From: Gemmatimonadaceae bacterium
GTDB taxonomy: Bacteria > Gemmatimonadota > Gemmatimonadetes > Gemmatimonadales > Gemmatimonadaceae
Direction: 5' to 3'
Assembly: GCA_045803545.1 (NCBI GenBank)
Contig: JBJMOW010000005.1
Span: 1,216,001-1,280,000, forward strand
Length of the DNA stretch: 64,000 bases
The notes beneath the pieces are model-generated. The model was not told the origin of the DNA. It did no database searches and saw nothing but the letters and a program-made list of their open reading frames with translations. Below, piece by piece: positions 1-9,037 of the stretch (the stretch's first letter is position 1; each line of letters starts with the position of its first letter). Made by a program: the position numbers and the translations under genes.

Positions 1-521
1 TCAGCACCAGCAGAGTCAACGCGATGACGAGCGCCAGCACTGGGTGGTGCCACACCAGATACGAAAGGCTCGCCAGGACACTCAGCTCGGCGATGTTCAG
101 AATGCCATTCGTCACCGGTTCCGGCGAGGTATCGACTGCCACGCGCAAACCGAGCTTCGTCACGTGCGTCGCCAGCCCAAGCCCGCCACCCAGTAGTCCA
201 GCCGCAAGAAATGAGCGACGGATCGCCGTGCCATGCTGTCGCCACCGCCAGCACTGCTGCGGCAGGCGGGCGAATAAAAGTGTGCGCCGACTCCCACAGT
301 GATGCGACTCCCGGGATCAGCGTCGCGAGAAACTCGACCAGCGCCAATATGGTCGCTAGTACGATCACGATTGGATTCGCCAGATCGCCTAGTGGCCCCG
401 AGATCGGATGGATCCACCCGGTGCGCTGCGCAAATCCGAGAATCGCGACCGTAGCATAAAGACTGATGCCCGACAGGTACGCCAGACCCAACGATTGTGC
501 GAGAGTGATCAACGATCCCAC
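1..521 (-). CDS. DUF4126-family membrane protein (partial, runs off the left edge)
   Basis: Not in the ORF track. Manual translation from GTG at 521 gives MGSLITLAQSLGLAYLSGISLYATVAILGFAQRTGWI...LALVEFLATLIPGVASLWESAHTFIRPPAAAVLA, the DUF4126 pattern (G.n.Y, E...IP, w...hTfIRp). Confidence 0.75.
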   Translation of the reverse strand, partial: MGSLITLAQSLGLAYLSGISLYATVAILGFAQRTGWIHPISGPLGDLANPIVIVLATILALVEFLATLIPGVASLWESAHTFIRPPAAAVLAVATAWHGDPSLISCGWTTGWRAWAGDARDEARFARGSRYLAGTGDEWHSEHRRAECPGEPFVSGVAPPSAGARHRVDSAGA

Positions 522-587
522 GGCTTTTTCTCGTGTTACCGGTATGTCAATTGCGCGAAACTAACTCTTCTGCAACCGGGGATTAAA

Positions 588-1043
588 GTGAGCAGCATTC
601 TCGAAATGGTACAACAAGAACTTAGTGGTGGAGCGATCCAGCAGATTGCGCAACATGCGGGCGTAGATCCCAGCGTCGCTCAGCGAGCGGTCGACACTGC
701 GCTGCCGATTATAGTTGGCGCCGTGAATCAGCAGGCATCACAGGCTGGGAACGTTACCGCGGCACAACCAAACGCAACAAACTCCGGTGAAGCGTCAGCG
801 CTTCTCGGCGGTCTCTCCGGCATGCTCGGGGACCAAGCCGGCGGTATGGGAGGGGTACTCGGCAAAATCATCGGCTCACGACAGGCTGAGATCCAGAATG
901 AGGTTGCCGGCGCTACCGGAATCGACAAGGACAAAGCAGCGCGCATACTCCAGGCACTGATTCCGATCGTGATGGCTGCGTTGGCCAGGAGAACTCAACA
1001 GACGCAAGCGCGGCAGCCGGGCGCGCCCGAAGCAAGGCCCTGA
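588..1043 (+). CDS. DUF937 / YidB-like protein
   Basis: GTG at 588 is in frame with track ORF 408..1043; SILEMVQQELSGGAIQQIAQHAGVD...ATGIDKDKAARILQALIPIVM matches DUF937. The upstream extension overlaps the DUF4126 gene. Confidence 0.7.
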   Translation: MSSILEMVQQELSGGAIQQIAQHAGVDPSVAQRAVDTALPIIVGAVNQQASQAGNVTAAQPNATNSGEASALLGGLSGMLGDQAGGMGGVLGKIIGSRQAEIQNEVAGATGIDKDKAARILQALIPIVMAALARRTQQTQARQPGAPEARP

Positions 1044-1044
1044 G

Positions 1045-2274
1045 TTAGCTCCGGAGCGCGGGGCCGAGCGCGCTCTTTTTTTGGCTCCGCGGCGTCTGTG
1101 CTCTCGTCGCGGAGTCGAATAGATCGAGGTATTTGATTCCGGAGCCGGTGTTGAACAGCACCACCCGCTCCGTCGGACTCACCTTTCCGCGCTCAAGAAG
1201 TTTGCGCAGCGCCGGTACACACGCACCGCCTTCAGGCGCGGCGAAGATTCCCTCTCTGCGCGCAAGCTCGCGCGCGCCGGCGAGCAACTCTTCGTCGCTC
1301 ACCGCAATCGCCATCCCGTCCGACTGGCGAATCGCATCGAGAATCAGGAAATCGCCGATCGCTTTGGGCACCCGGAGACCCGACGCGAGGGTTTGCGCGT
1401 TCTGAACTTCTTCAGCCGCACTCTCACCTTTCTCGAACGCGCGCACGATGGGCGCGCAGCCGGCCGCCTGGACCGAGATCATCCGTGGACGCCTGCTGTC
1501 GATCCAACCCAACTGCTGCATTTCGTCGAATGCCTTCCACATTCCCACGAGACCGGTGCCACCGCCGGTGGGATAGATGATCACGTCGGGCAGTGACCAC
1601 GATGACTGTTCAGCGAGCTCGTAGCCCAACGTCTTTTTCCCTTCGACTCGATAGGGCTCCTTCAGGGTCGAGACGTCGAACCACCCTTCCGCTTCCTTCA
1701 GGCGTGCGACTTCGGCGCCGCAGTCGGTGATCAATCCGTCGATGAGAGTGACGTGAGCTCCAGTCACCTCGCATTCGATGATGTTGGCGCGCGGGGTGTC
1801 GCGGGGCATGAAGATGTGCGCTTCCATCCCGGCGCGCGCACAATATGCGGCCAGCGCGCCAGCAGCATTTCCGGCGGAGGGCGCGGCGAGTTTTTTGAGG
1901 CCGAGCTCCTTTGCCATCGACACCGCAGTGGCCATTCCACGCGCTTTGAAACTCTGCGTCGGGTTCAGCGACTCGTCTTTGACGTAAAGCTCGGAGAGCC
2001 CAAGCGCGGCCCCGAGATTCTTGACGTGAAGGAGCGGCGTCCAGCCCTCGCCCAGGGAGACGATGTTGTCTTCGCGCCGAACCGGCAGCACTTCCCGGTA
2101 CCGCCACATGTCGGACCGGCGCGCGTAGAGGGCTTGTCTGGTAAGAAACTTCGCGATCCGTTTGAGATCGTAGCGCACCAGCAGCGGTTTCCCGCATTCG
2201 GTGCACACGTTGTGCGGTTTGCGCGCCTCGTATTCGCGATGGCAGGACGAGCACTCGAGTTTCGTGACGTGCAT
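1045..2274 (-). CDS. thrC: Threonine synthase (fold-type II PLP enzyme with N-terminal Zn-ribbon)
   Basis: [19 protein letters not shown] (PLP Lys), [28 protein letters not shown]-terminal CxxC...CxxC. Confidence 0.85.
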   Translation of the reverse strand: MHVTKLECSSCHREYEARKPHNVCTECGKPLLVRYDLKRIAKFLTRQALYARRSDMWRYREVLPVRREDNIVSLGEGWTPLLHVKNLGAALGLSELYVKDESLNPTQSFKARGMATAVSMAKELGLKKLAAPSAGNAAGALAAYCARAGMEAHIFMPRDTPRANIIECEVTGAHVTLIDGLITDCGAEVARLKEAEGWFDVSTLKEPYRVEGKKTLGYELAEQSSWSLPDVIIYPTGGGTGLVGMWKAFDEMQQLGWIDSRRPRMISVQAAGCAPIVRAFEKGESAAEEVQNAQTLASGLRVPKAIGDFLILDAIRQSDGMAIAVSDEELLAGARELARREGIFAAPEGGACVPALRKLLERGKVSPTERVVLFNTGSGIKYLDLFDSATRAQTPRSQKKSALGPALRS

Positions 2275-2337
2275 TCTTGTCTTCGCTGTGGAGTGGACGC
2301 GTACGTCGCGGCCGCAGATTAGTTTACCGCAAAGTTA

Positions 2338-2451
2338 ATGACATTCGCATCCTACGCCGCCGACCGCTTCTTCTACGCTTTCCGCCTGGTCGGCGCCCTC
2401 GTCGTCGCGACGCTGGTTACTCTTCTCATCGACCGCAAGCTGCGCCGCTAG
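2338..2451 (+). CDS. Putative 37-aa single-TM small protein
   Basis: ATG 2338 to TAG 2451: MTFASYAADRFFYAFRLVGALVVATLVTLLIDRKLRR; hydrophobic helix followed by a basic tail; abuts the ATG of the next gene. Confidence 0.45.
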   Translation: MTFASYAADRFFYAFRLVGALVVATLVTLLIDRKLRR

Positions 2452-2976
2452 ATGTACATCGGACATGTCGGGGTAGCGCTGGCCGCCAAGCGGCTGCGTC
2501 TGAGCGTGGGCCTGCTCGTGCTCCTGGTTGCCACCTATGCGCCCGATTGGATCGACAGCGGATTGTGCATCGTCGGCGGCTACGATCCGCGCCAAATGCT
2601 CTCTCACTCGATTCCAGCGGTTTTTATCTTCGCTCTCGGCGGCTTTATCGCCTACACCCTGAGCACCCGCGATCGGGTTGGCGGTGCGCTCATCGCCGCG
2701 GTGATCATCTCGCACATGGTGCTGGACTGGATCACCGGCATCAAGCCGACCTGGCCGGGTGGCCCAACGATCGGCCTCCAGCTTTACTCGCACCCGATCG
2801 CGGATTTTTTTGCTGAGGGCATCGTGATCGCGATCGGAGCGATCGCATACGCGCGTACTTTACCCGTCCGTCGACGGCCGTGGCTCGATCTCGCGATCAT
2901 GCTCGGCGCTCTGTTGGCACTTCAGCTCACCATCGACGTCGCGCACTTGCTGTTCAAGTCGCTGCCCAAATGCTGA
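2452..2976 (+). CDS. Membrane-bound metal-dependent hydrolase-like protein (YdjM/LexA-binding type)
   Basis: MYIGH, PDWID, SHS, SHMVLD motifs between TM helices. Confidence 0.7.
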   Translation: MYIGHVGVALAAKRLRLSVGLLVLLVATYAPDWIDSGLCIVGGYDPRQMLSHSIPAVFIFALGGFIAYTLSTRDRVGGALIAAVIISHMVLDWITGIKPTWPGGPTIGLQLYSHPIADFFAEGIVIAIGAIAYARTLPVRRRPWLDLAIMLGALLALQLTIDVAHLLFKSLPKC

Positions 2977-4460
2977 CCCAGGATCTGCGCACCGTAGCAC
3001 GCCAGGCGATGATCGATAGCGGCTTTCAACCCGATTACACGCCGGAGATGGAGGCGGAGCTGCGGAATATCGGAAAGCACCCAGAGACCGGGGCGCCACT
3101 AAGAGACCTGCGTAACCTGCTCTGGTCGTCCATCGATAACGACGATACGCGCGACCTCGACCAGATCGAATACGCGGAGCAAGCGCCTGACGGTGGCTGG
3201 CGACTGATGATCGCGATTGCCGATGTCGACGCGGAAGTTGCAAAGGACTCGGCCATCGACGCCCATGCCAAAGAGCAGACGACGACTGTCTACACCGGCG
3301 CAGTGATCTTTCCGATGATTCCAACCGAGCTATCGGCCGGTGCTACGTCCCTGTTCGCCGACGTCGACCGCAAGGCGGTTGTCGTCGACATGCACATCGA
3401 CACCAATGGCACAGTTACAGGAGCGGAAGTCTATCGCGCCCGAGCACGGAATTGCGCGCAGCTGGCGTACAACTCCGTTGGGAACTGGCTCGATCGCGGA
3501 GCCGCCACGCCGCCGGCAGTCACGGCGGTGGCTGGAATCGAAGCGCAGCTTCGGCTCCAGGCGACAATTGCTGGTGCGCTGCGTCAGACGCGCGTGAACA
3601 ACGGCGCGCTGGAGATAGAGACTGTGGAAGCGCGCGCGGTGTCGCAGGATGGCCGTGTGACCGCGATCGAGAAGACGGAAAAGAATACCGCGACCGATAT
3701 CATCGAGGATTTCATGATCGCCGCCAACGGCGCGGTGGCGCGATTTCTCGAAGCTCACAACGTGTCATGCATTCGCCGAATCGTGCGGAGTCCGGAGCGC
3801 TGGGATCGCATCGTCGATCTCGCAAGACAATTCGGGAAGGCATTGCCGGTCCAGCCTGATCCAGTCGCGTTGCACGACTTCATGGTCCAACGGCGTCAGG
3901 CCGATCCCGACCGGTTCCCCGATCTTTCGCTCGCAATCGTCAAACTGCTCGGACCGGGCGAATACATTCTTGACCAACCGGGCGTCGAGGAGCCGGGACA
4001 CTTTGGGCTCGCGGTCCAGGACTACACTCACTCGACGGCGCCCAATCGGAGATTTGCCGATCTGGTGACGCAGCGGGTGATCAAGGCGGTGCTGGCCGGC
4101 GCTCCGCCACCCTACTCCGATGACGACCTCGCAGCGATCGCTCGCAATTGCACACTGAAGGAAGACGCCGCTCGCAAAGTCGAGCGCCAGGTGCGGAAGA
4201 TTGCGGCGGCAATGTTGTTCAGCAACCGGATCGGCGAGCGGTTCAAGGCGATCGTAACGGGCAAGAAGCCGAGCGGGACGTTCGTCCGAGTATTGAATCC
4301 GCCGGTTGAAGGAATGTTGGTGCGCGGTGGCGCTGAAGTCGACGTCGGCGACGAGATCGACGTCGAATTGCTCTCGACAAATCCGAAGCGGGGCTTCATA
4401 GATTTTGGACGGGTCGGATCGACGCCGACTCCCAACCCTCCAGGCAAGAAAGGACGCTGA
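2970..4460 (+). CDS. RNB-domain exoribonuclease (RNase II/R family, lacks N-terminal cold-shock domains)
   Basis: SIDNDDTRDLDQ acidic motif, IEDFMIAAN, HFGLAVQDYTHSTAPNRRFADL, C-terminal S1-like region. Start placed at ATG 2970, overlapping the previous gene. Confidence 0.9.
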   Translation: MLTQDLRTVARQAMIDSGFQPDYTPEMEAELRNIGKHPETGAPLRDLRNLLWSSIDNDDTRDLDQIEYAEQAPDGGWRLMIAIADVDAEVAKDSAIDAHAKEQTTTVYTGAVIFPMIPTELSAGATSLFADVDRKAVVVDMHIDTNGTVTGAEVYRARARNCAQLAYNSVGNWLDRGAATPPAVTAVAGIEAQLRLQATIAGALRQTRVNNGALEIETVEARAVSQDGRVTAIEKTEKNTATDIIEDFMIAANGAVARFLEAHNVSCIRRIVRSPERWDRIVDLARQFGKALPVQPDPVALHDFMVQRRQADPDRFPDLSLAIVKLLGPGEYILDQPGVEEPGHFGLAVQDYTHSTAPNRRFADLVTQRVIKAVLAGAPPPYSDDDLAAIARNCTLKEDAARKVERQVRKIAAAMLFSNRIGERFKAIVTGKKPSGTFVRVLNPPVEGMLVRGGAEVDVGDEIDVELLSTNPKRGFIDFGRVGSTPTPNPPGKKGR

Positions 4461-5050
4461 TGACCGAATTCCCCTCCCGTGACGAGACGCTGGCGCTGAT
4501 GCGCGAGTACACCCAGAGCGATTCGTTACGTAAGCACATGCTGGCGGTCGAAGGAGCGATGCGTGCTTACGCGCGAAAGTTCGGCGAGGACGAGGAGCGA
4601 TGGGGCGTCACCGGGCTCATTCACGACTTTGACTACGAGCGGTTTCCCAACAACGCCCATTCAGCAACCGAGGAGCATCCCGCCGAAGGCGTGCGCATTC
4701 TTCGCGGACTGGGTTACCCCGAAGATGTGCTCGACGCGATACTCGGCCATGCGCACTACTGCAATACGCCTCGTACGTCGCAGATGGCGAAGGCACTATT
4801 CGCGGTCGACGAGCTGACCGGCCTGATCACCGCGACCGCACTGGTGCGCCCGAGCAAGAGCGTGCACGAGGTGGACGCGCGCTCGGTGAGAAAAAAGATG
4901 AAGGACAAGGCGTTCGCGCGTGGCGTCAATCGCGACGACGTCATCAACGGTGCCTCCGAGCTCGGTGTCGATCTCGATGAGCACATCTCCTTCGTCATTG
5001 CCTCGATGCAATTGCGGGCGGACGACTTAGGACTCGCCGGCGTTACCTAG
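4460..5050 (+). CDS. HDIG/HD-domain phosphohydrolase
   Basis: KHMLAVE...LIHDFDYE...H...ILGH...AVDELTG; TGATG overlap with the RNB gene. Confidence 0.85.
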   Translation: MTEFPSRDETLALMREYTQSDSLRKHMLAVEGAMRAYARKFGEDEERWGVTGLIHDFDYERFPNNAHSATEEHPAEGVRILRGLGYPEDVLDAILGHAHYCNTPRTSQMAKALFAVDELTGLITATALVRPSKSVHEVDARSVRKKMKDKAFARGVNRDDVINGASELGVDLDEHISFVIASMQLRADDLGLAGVT

Positions 5051-5053
5051 GCA

Positions 5054-5193
5054 TCTCGGTTGGGGTCGGCGAGGGGGATTCTCTGAAAAAACTGCTCGCC
5101 CGCTGTCTCGCGACATCATTGTCGGTGGCGTTCTGAGTGTGGGCAGGTATGCGCGATGTTTTTCAGAGAACGCCCCACGCCTCCCTCTCGAGA
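5054..5193. repeat. Imperfect palindrome (REP/MITE-like hairpin)
   Basis: ttctctgaaaaa 5079-5090 and tttttcagagaa 5159-5170 form a perfect 12-bp inverted repeat, extended outward by ggcg-a-gggg / cccc-a-cgcc and tctcg / cgaga. Confidence 0.6.
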
Positions 5194-5292
5194 CTGTTTG
5201 CACGCCCGCGACGCCCATTCCCCCGACGCGCCCGCAATCGCCTTCGCGATGCAACGTCATGCGCGCTGAGTAAAGATCCGGTCGGGGAAGGA

Positions 5293-5406
5293 GGCGACGG
5301 GCGGGGTTGGCGGAGGTCGCGCAGCCCCGCGTCGTCTCAGATCGCCACTCCTATCGATTTCGCCGGGAAGCGGGGCGAGAAGCTCCGACAACCCCGGCAC
5401 GTTGCC
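5293..5406. repeat. Second imperfect palindrome in the same intergenic region
   Basis: cggggttggcggag 5302-5315 / ctccgacaaccccg 5383-5396 (1 mismatch); inner gccccgc 5324-5330 / gcggggc 5370-5376; outer ggcgacg / cgttgcc. Confidence 0.55.
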
Positions 5407-5444
5407 GACTGACCGCGCGACGATCTAGACCGAAGCCCGCAGCC

Positions 5445-6413
5445 CTATTCCATCGCGAATGCGCGATTGAAGATCACGTCGAACGCGAAACTCTTGGGAC
5501 GCGATCTTTGCTCCATCGCATCCGCGATGCGATCGAGTCGTTCCGGAATCCCCATGATCTTGTCCTGCGCCTTGCGACCGATCTCGTTCAGTCCGGTGAG
5601 TGTCTCGATCGACCAGAACTTGATCAGCTCCTGGACGATCTTGAGATAGTCACGCGGTCCATAAATCCCGGCGCGACGCACCACGTCGGCCAGCTCCCGG
5701 AAGTGCGGCATGTTGACGCCCGGCATGTCGATCGCCGGCATCAGCTTCGCCGCGGCGAAAAGCGCTTCGTTGGGATCGCGCTCGATCACCGCCTTGAACA
5801 CTGACCGATAGAAGGTGTAGTGCCGCGCCTCCTCCTTGGCGACGTTCTGCAGGACGGTGCCGATCGTGGGCTCGTACTCCGACGCGAACTTCCCGGTGTT
5901 CGCGTGGGAGACCTGGGTGGCACGTTCCTGTAACGATGTGTATACGAAGACCCGATACGGGTCGCGGTCCCACTCGGGCTCGAATCCGGCCCTGAGATAA
6001 TCGAACTGCATCTTCTCGATGACCGTGGGATCGAAGATTCGCGCGTCGCGAGTGTAGTCGTGGAGGATCGCGCCGTGCCTGTCCTCCTCGGCCGTCCACA
6101 GGTTGTTCCACTTCGCCCAGATGCTATCGGTGCCGAGGTATACGGCGAGGAGCCGATGGAAGTGTGGCAGCCCTTCTTCAGTGAGAAGGTTCAGCGCGAG
6201 GGCGACCCGGGCCGGATCACTTATTCCTCGCGCCCGCTCTCGCAGCGAGCGAAGATGATGATCGGGATCTTCGCCAGGCGGTGGATCGAGTAACTCGGAG
6301 GGAAACCAGAGTACGCGCTTCTCCTCGTGCGACGTCATGAGTTGCGCTACCACTGGCTCAAGATCGGCGAGCACTTCGATCTTCGACAGTGTTGCTGCTT
6401 CGACGTTATGCAA
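5445..6413 (-). CDS. Soluble di-iron acyl-ACP desaturase (stearoyl-ACP/DesA family)
   Basis: LLTEEGLP, WTAEEDRHG, QERAT, AKEEARHY, IDMPG di-iron ligand motifs. Confidence 0.88.
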   Translation of the reverse strand: MHNVEAATLSKIEVLADLEPVVAQLMTSHEEKRVLWFPSELLDPPPGEDPDHHLRSLRERARGISDPARVALALNLLTEEGLPHFHRLLAVYLGTDSIWAKWNNLWTAEEDRHGAILHDYTRDARIFDPTVIEKMQFDYLRAGFEPEWDRDPYRVFVYTSLQERATQVSHANTGKFASEYEPTIGTVLQNVAKEEARHYTFYRSVFKAVIERDPNEALFAAAKLMPAIDMPGVNMPHFRELADVVRRAGIYGPRDYLKIVQELIKFWSIETLTGLNEIGRKAQDKIMGIPERLDRIADAMEQRSRPKSFAFDVIFNRAFAME

Positions 6414-6717
6414 AGCGACCTCGAAGACGGGTTTCTACTCGCAGCGACCAATCGGATCGCGACGAGAAGTTAATCTGCATGCAAACAAGTTGCCGCGTTG
6501 GTCCCTGGCCTGACACAAAAATGAGAACGAGCCAGTAATCCACATTGTGACATGGGCTTGCGGGGCACTCGCGCTCGTCTAGAAATTGCGGCCTGACGCT
6601 TGCGCACCTGTTTCCCGACGACGCGGTTAGCTTCCAAAAAAATCCCTCACTCACATGATGGATTGTGAAGCAGCCACGACAACATTTCACACTCGAATTT
6701 GCGGCAGGAGATGGATA

Positions 6718-7083
6718 ATGGCAGACCAGGCGGACAACCAAGGGGACAGAATGGACGAGCGGAGCGGACGCAGCGCCTCTGGTGGCGTTGGGAGCAACGG
6801 CGCGCTCTCAGGAAGCGCCGGTACGATCATCGGTAACAGGAACGATAGCGGAGCGGAACTACGCAGTAGCGGTAGTGTGAGTCGCAAAACTCCACGTGGA
6901 TTCGCGGCAATGGATCCGCAGGCGCAGCGCGCGATCGCCGCCAAAGGCGGACGCGCCGCTCACCAGAAAGGAACTGCCCACGAGTTCACGAGCGAGGAAG
7001 CGAGAATCGCTGGTCGCAAGGGCGGCGAAGCCTCGCGTGGCGGGCGCAACCGACAAAACGCGTCCACCGACGCGAACCGCTGA
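6718..7083 (+). CDS. KGG-repeat general stress protein (YciG/GsiB/Con-10-like)
   Basis: RGFAAMDPQAQRAIAAKGGRAAHQKGTAHEFTSEEARIAGRKGG; AGGAG RBS at 6706-6710 before ATG 6718. Confidence 0.9.
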   Translation: MADQADNQGDRMDERSGRSASGGVGSNGALSGSAGTIIGNRNDSGAELRSSGSVSRKTPRGFAAMDPQAQRAIAAKGGRAAHQKGTAHEFTSEEARIAGRKGGEASRGGRNRQNASTDANR

Positions 7084-7107
7084 CCCAGCCGGGAACGGCG
7101 ATTACGC

Positions 7108-7146
7108 AAAGAGGCGCTGAGATTCTCTCAGCGCCTCTTTCTTTTT
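7108..7146. terminator. Bidirectional intrinsic terminator
   Basis: aaagaggcgctgaga-ttc-tctcagcgcctcttt, 15-bp stem plus T-tract, between convergent genes. Confidence 0.85.
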
Positions 7147-7173
7147 GTCGTCGCTCTCAGGATGCGATGGATC

Positions 7174-9012
7174 TCACCCAGAGATCTCCTCCATAAACAG
7201 AATCACTCCCTTGGGGTCATCGTGGCCCGGTTCGATCAGCGGAGTCGCGGTAACACTCACCTGGATTTTCCTGCCCCGCCGGTTCGTCGCTCCGATCGTC
7301 AGCTGCGAGGGTCCGCCATTGCGCTTGAAGACGTTGTCGACAAGAGGCTTTACATCGGCCGCCGGTAATCCGATATCCAGATCACTGAACCGCTTCTCCA
7401 CGGCTTCGTCGGGTCGCACACCCCACAAATCCTCGGCGCGATGATTCCAGACTCTGATCCGCATGTCATGATCGACGACCGCGACTCCGCCGCCGAGGCT
7501 GGCGAACACAGATCGCAGAAAACGATTCAGGTCATTGAGCTCGGCCCCCCGACTCCGCAACTGATCGTTGATCGTGCCCAGCTCCTCGTTTGTCGACTGT
7601 AGCTCCTCGTTCATCGTTTCGAGCTCTTCGTTGGTCGAGTGGAGCTCCTCGTTCGTAGTCTCGAGTTCTTCCACTGCCGACTGCAGCTCCTCGTTGGTTG
7701 TCTCCAGCTCCTCACTCGATGACTGCAGCTCCTCGTAGGCACTTTCGAGGTCCGCATGCGACCGCTGCAGCTGAAGTTTGAGACTACGCGAATCGGTGAT
7801 GTCGTTGAAGGTCACGCTGATTGCCATGAACTCACGCATCGTGTTAAAAAGCGGAAGGAGGTGGACCTCGAACCATCGCTCCTCGCCGGAGATCATCCAC
7901 GCCACTTCAGAGACTCGCACCGATCGCTCTTCGTGATGGATCTGATCGATGAGGGATCTCAGCTCCAGCGGCCGGTAGGAAAGCTCCAGGTCTCGCAGCG
8001 GGCGGCCAAGATCGGCCGGATTGAGCTGAAAGAGCAGCCGCGCCCTTTCGTTGGAAAGCGCGAGGTTCCCTGCCCCATCGATGACAAACTGGGCCAGCGG
8101 CGCTTTTTCGAACGCCGCCGTCGAAACCAGTTCGCGCTCGAACGCAATGCCGTTACCCGTGTTGCCGTTTCTCGGCTCATATTTGACGGCTGTCTTCGAC
8201 GGCACTTTGCCGAAAATCCGCCGCTGGAGATCGACGGGCTCGAACATGCTGGTGTGCGTGGAGAGAGTCTCGGCTTTACCCAGAAAAAGGAAGCCGCCTT
8301 CGCGCAGCGCGAAATGAAATCGGTTCAGAACACGAGTCTGCGTCTTCGAGTCGAAATACATGAGCGTATTTCGGCAGACCAGCAAGTCGATCTTGGAGAT
8401 GGGAGCATCATCGATGAGATTGTTGCGCCCGAAGATCACGCAGCGTCGGAGCGGTTTCTTGAAAAAGAATCGGCCGTTCTGCCGGTCGAAGTATCGCTCA
8501 CGCATTTCCTCCGGAACGTTCTCGATTTCTTTCGGCGTGTACGATCCGTGTCTTGCATACACCAGCGCCTCCTCGTCGAGATCAGTCGCGTAGATCTTGA
8601 CCCGTCTGAGGAATGCGTCGACGCCAAGCCGCTCGGCGAGAATCATCGCCAAAGTGTAAGCTTCCTGACCCGTGGCGCAGCCGGCGCTCCACACCCTTAT
8701 TGTGTCGTCACGTCCCCTGTTTTCGACGATCCTTGGAACGACCTGATCCCCCAGGTACTCCCAGGGCACCCCGTCGCGGAAGAAGCTCGTCACGTTGATG
8801 AGAACAGTATTGAACAACCGCTCGAACTCAGCAGGCTCACCGTTCAAAAGCGTGATGTAATCGCCGAAGCTGTCCACTCCGGCCGCCTGCATGCGCTTCC
8901 GAACTCGACGAAACAGGCTCGGGCGCTTGTAGCCGGTGAAGTCGAAGCCGCGCGACTGCTTGAGCAGATTGAGCAGCTCGTCGAATTCTTTTGAAGTTTG
9001 GCCGCTACTCAT
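7174..9012 (-). CDS. cheR: CheR-type methyltransferase with PAS, methyl-accepting-like coiled coil and second PAS
   Basis: INVTSFFRD, RVWSAGCATGQEAYT, IYATD, CRNTLMYF, LFLGKAE; (EELxxTN)n heptads; no output domain. Confidence 0.9.
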   Translation of the reverse strand: MSSGQTSKEFDELLNLLKQSRGFDFTGYKRPSLFRRVRKRMQAAGVDSFGDYITLLNGEPAEFERLFNTVLINVTSFFRDGVPWEYLGDQVVPRIVENRGRDDTIRVWSAGCATGQEAYTLAMILAERLGVDAFLRRVKIYATDLDEEALVYARHGSYTPKEIENVPEEMRERYFDRQNGRFFFKKPLRRCVIFGRNNLIDDAPISKIDLLVCRNTLMYFDSKTQTRVLNRFHFALREGGFLFLGKAETLSTHTSMFEPVDLQRRIFGKVPSKTAVKYEPRNGNTGNGIAFERELVSTAAFEKAPLAQFVIDGAGNLALSNERARLLFQLNPADLGRPLRDLELSYRPLELRSLIDQIHHEERSVRVSEVAWMISGEERWFEVHLLPLFNTMREFMAISVTFNDITDSRSLKLQLQRSHADLESAYEELQSSSEELETTNEELQSAVEELETTNEELHSTNEELETMNEELQSTNEELGTINDQLRSRGAELNDLNRFLRSVFASLGGGVAVVDHDMRIRVWNHRAEDLWGVRPDEAVEKRFSDLDIGLPAADVKPLVDNVFKRNGGPSQLTIGATNRRGRKIQVSVTATPLIEPGHDDPKGVILFMEEISG

Positions 9013-9037
9013 TGTACCGGCCTATAACGTGACAGAC

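Noticed and set aside
2449..2454. In-frame TAG as a possible pyrrolysine or read-through codon
   Set aside because: The downstream gene starts with the family-typical MYIGH, TAG is used as a normal stop elsewhere in the window, and no pyl genes are seen.
7560..7750. 21-nt periodic gctcctcgtt-like repeats as a possible CRISPR or DNA repeat
   Set aside because: They encode the EELxxTN heptads of the CheR coiled coil, with synonymous variation and no spacers.
7756..8994. 412-aa plus-strand ORF, and similar long ORFs such as 37420..38556, 40709..41740, 42148..43020 and 30457..31320
   Set aside because: Antisense shadows of well-supported genes, expected in GC-rich DNA; no recognisable motifs.
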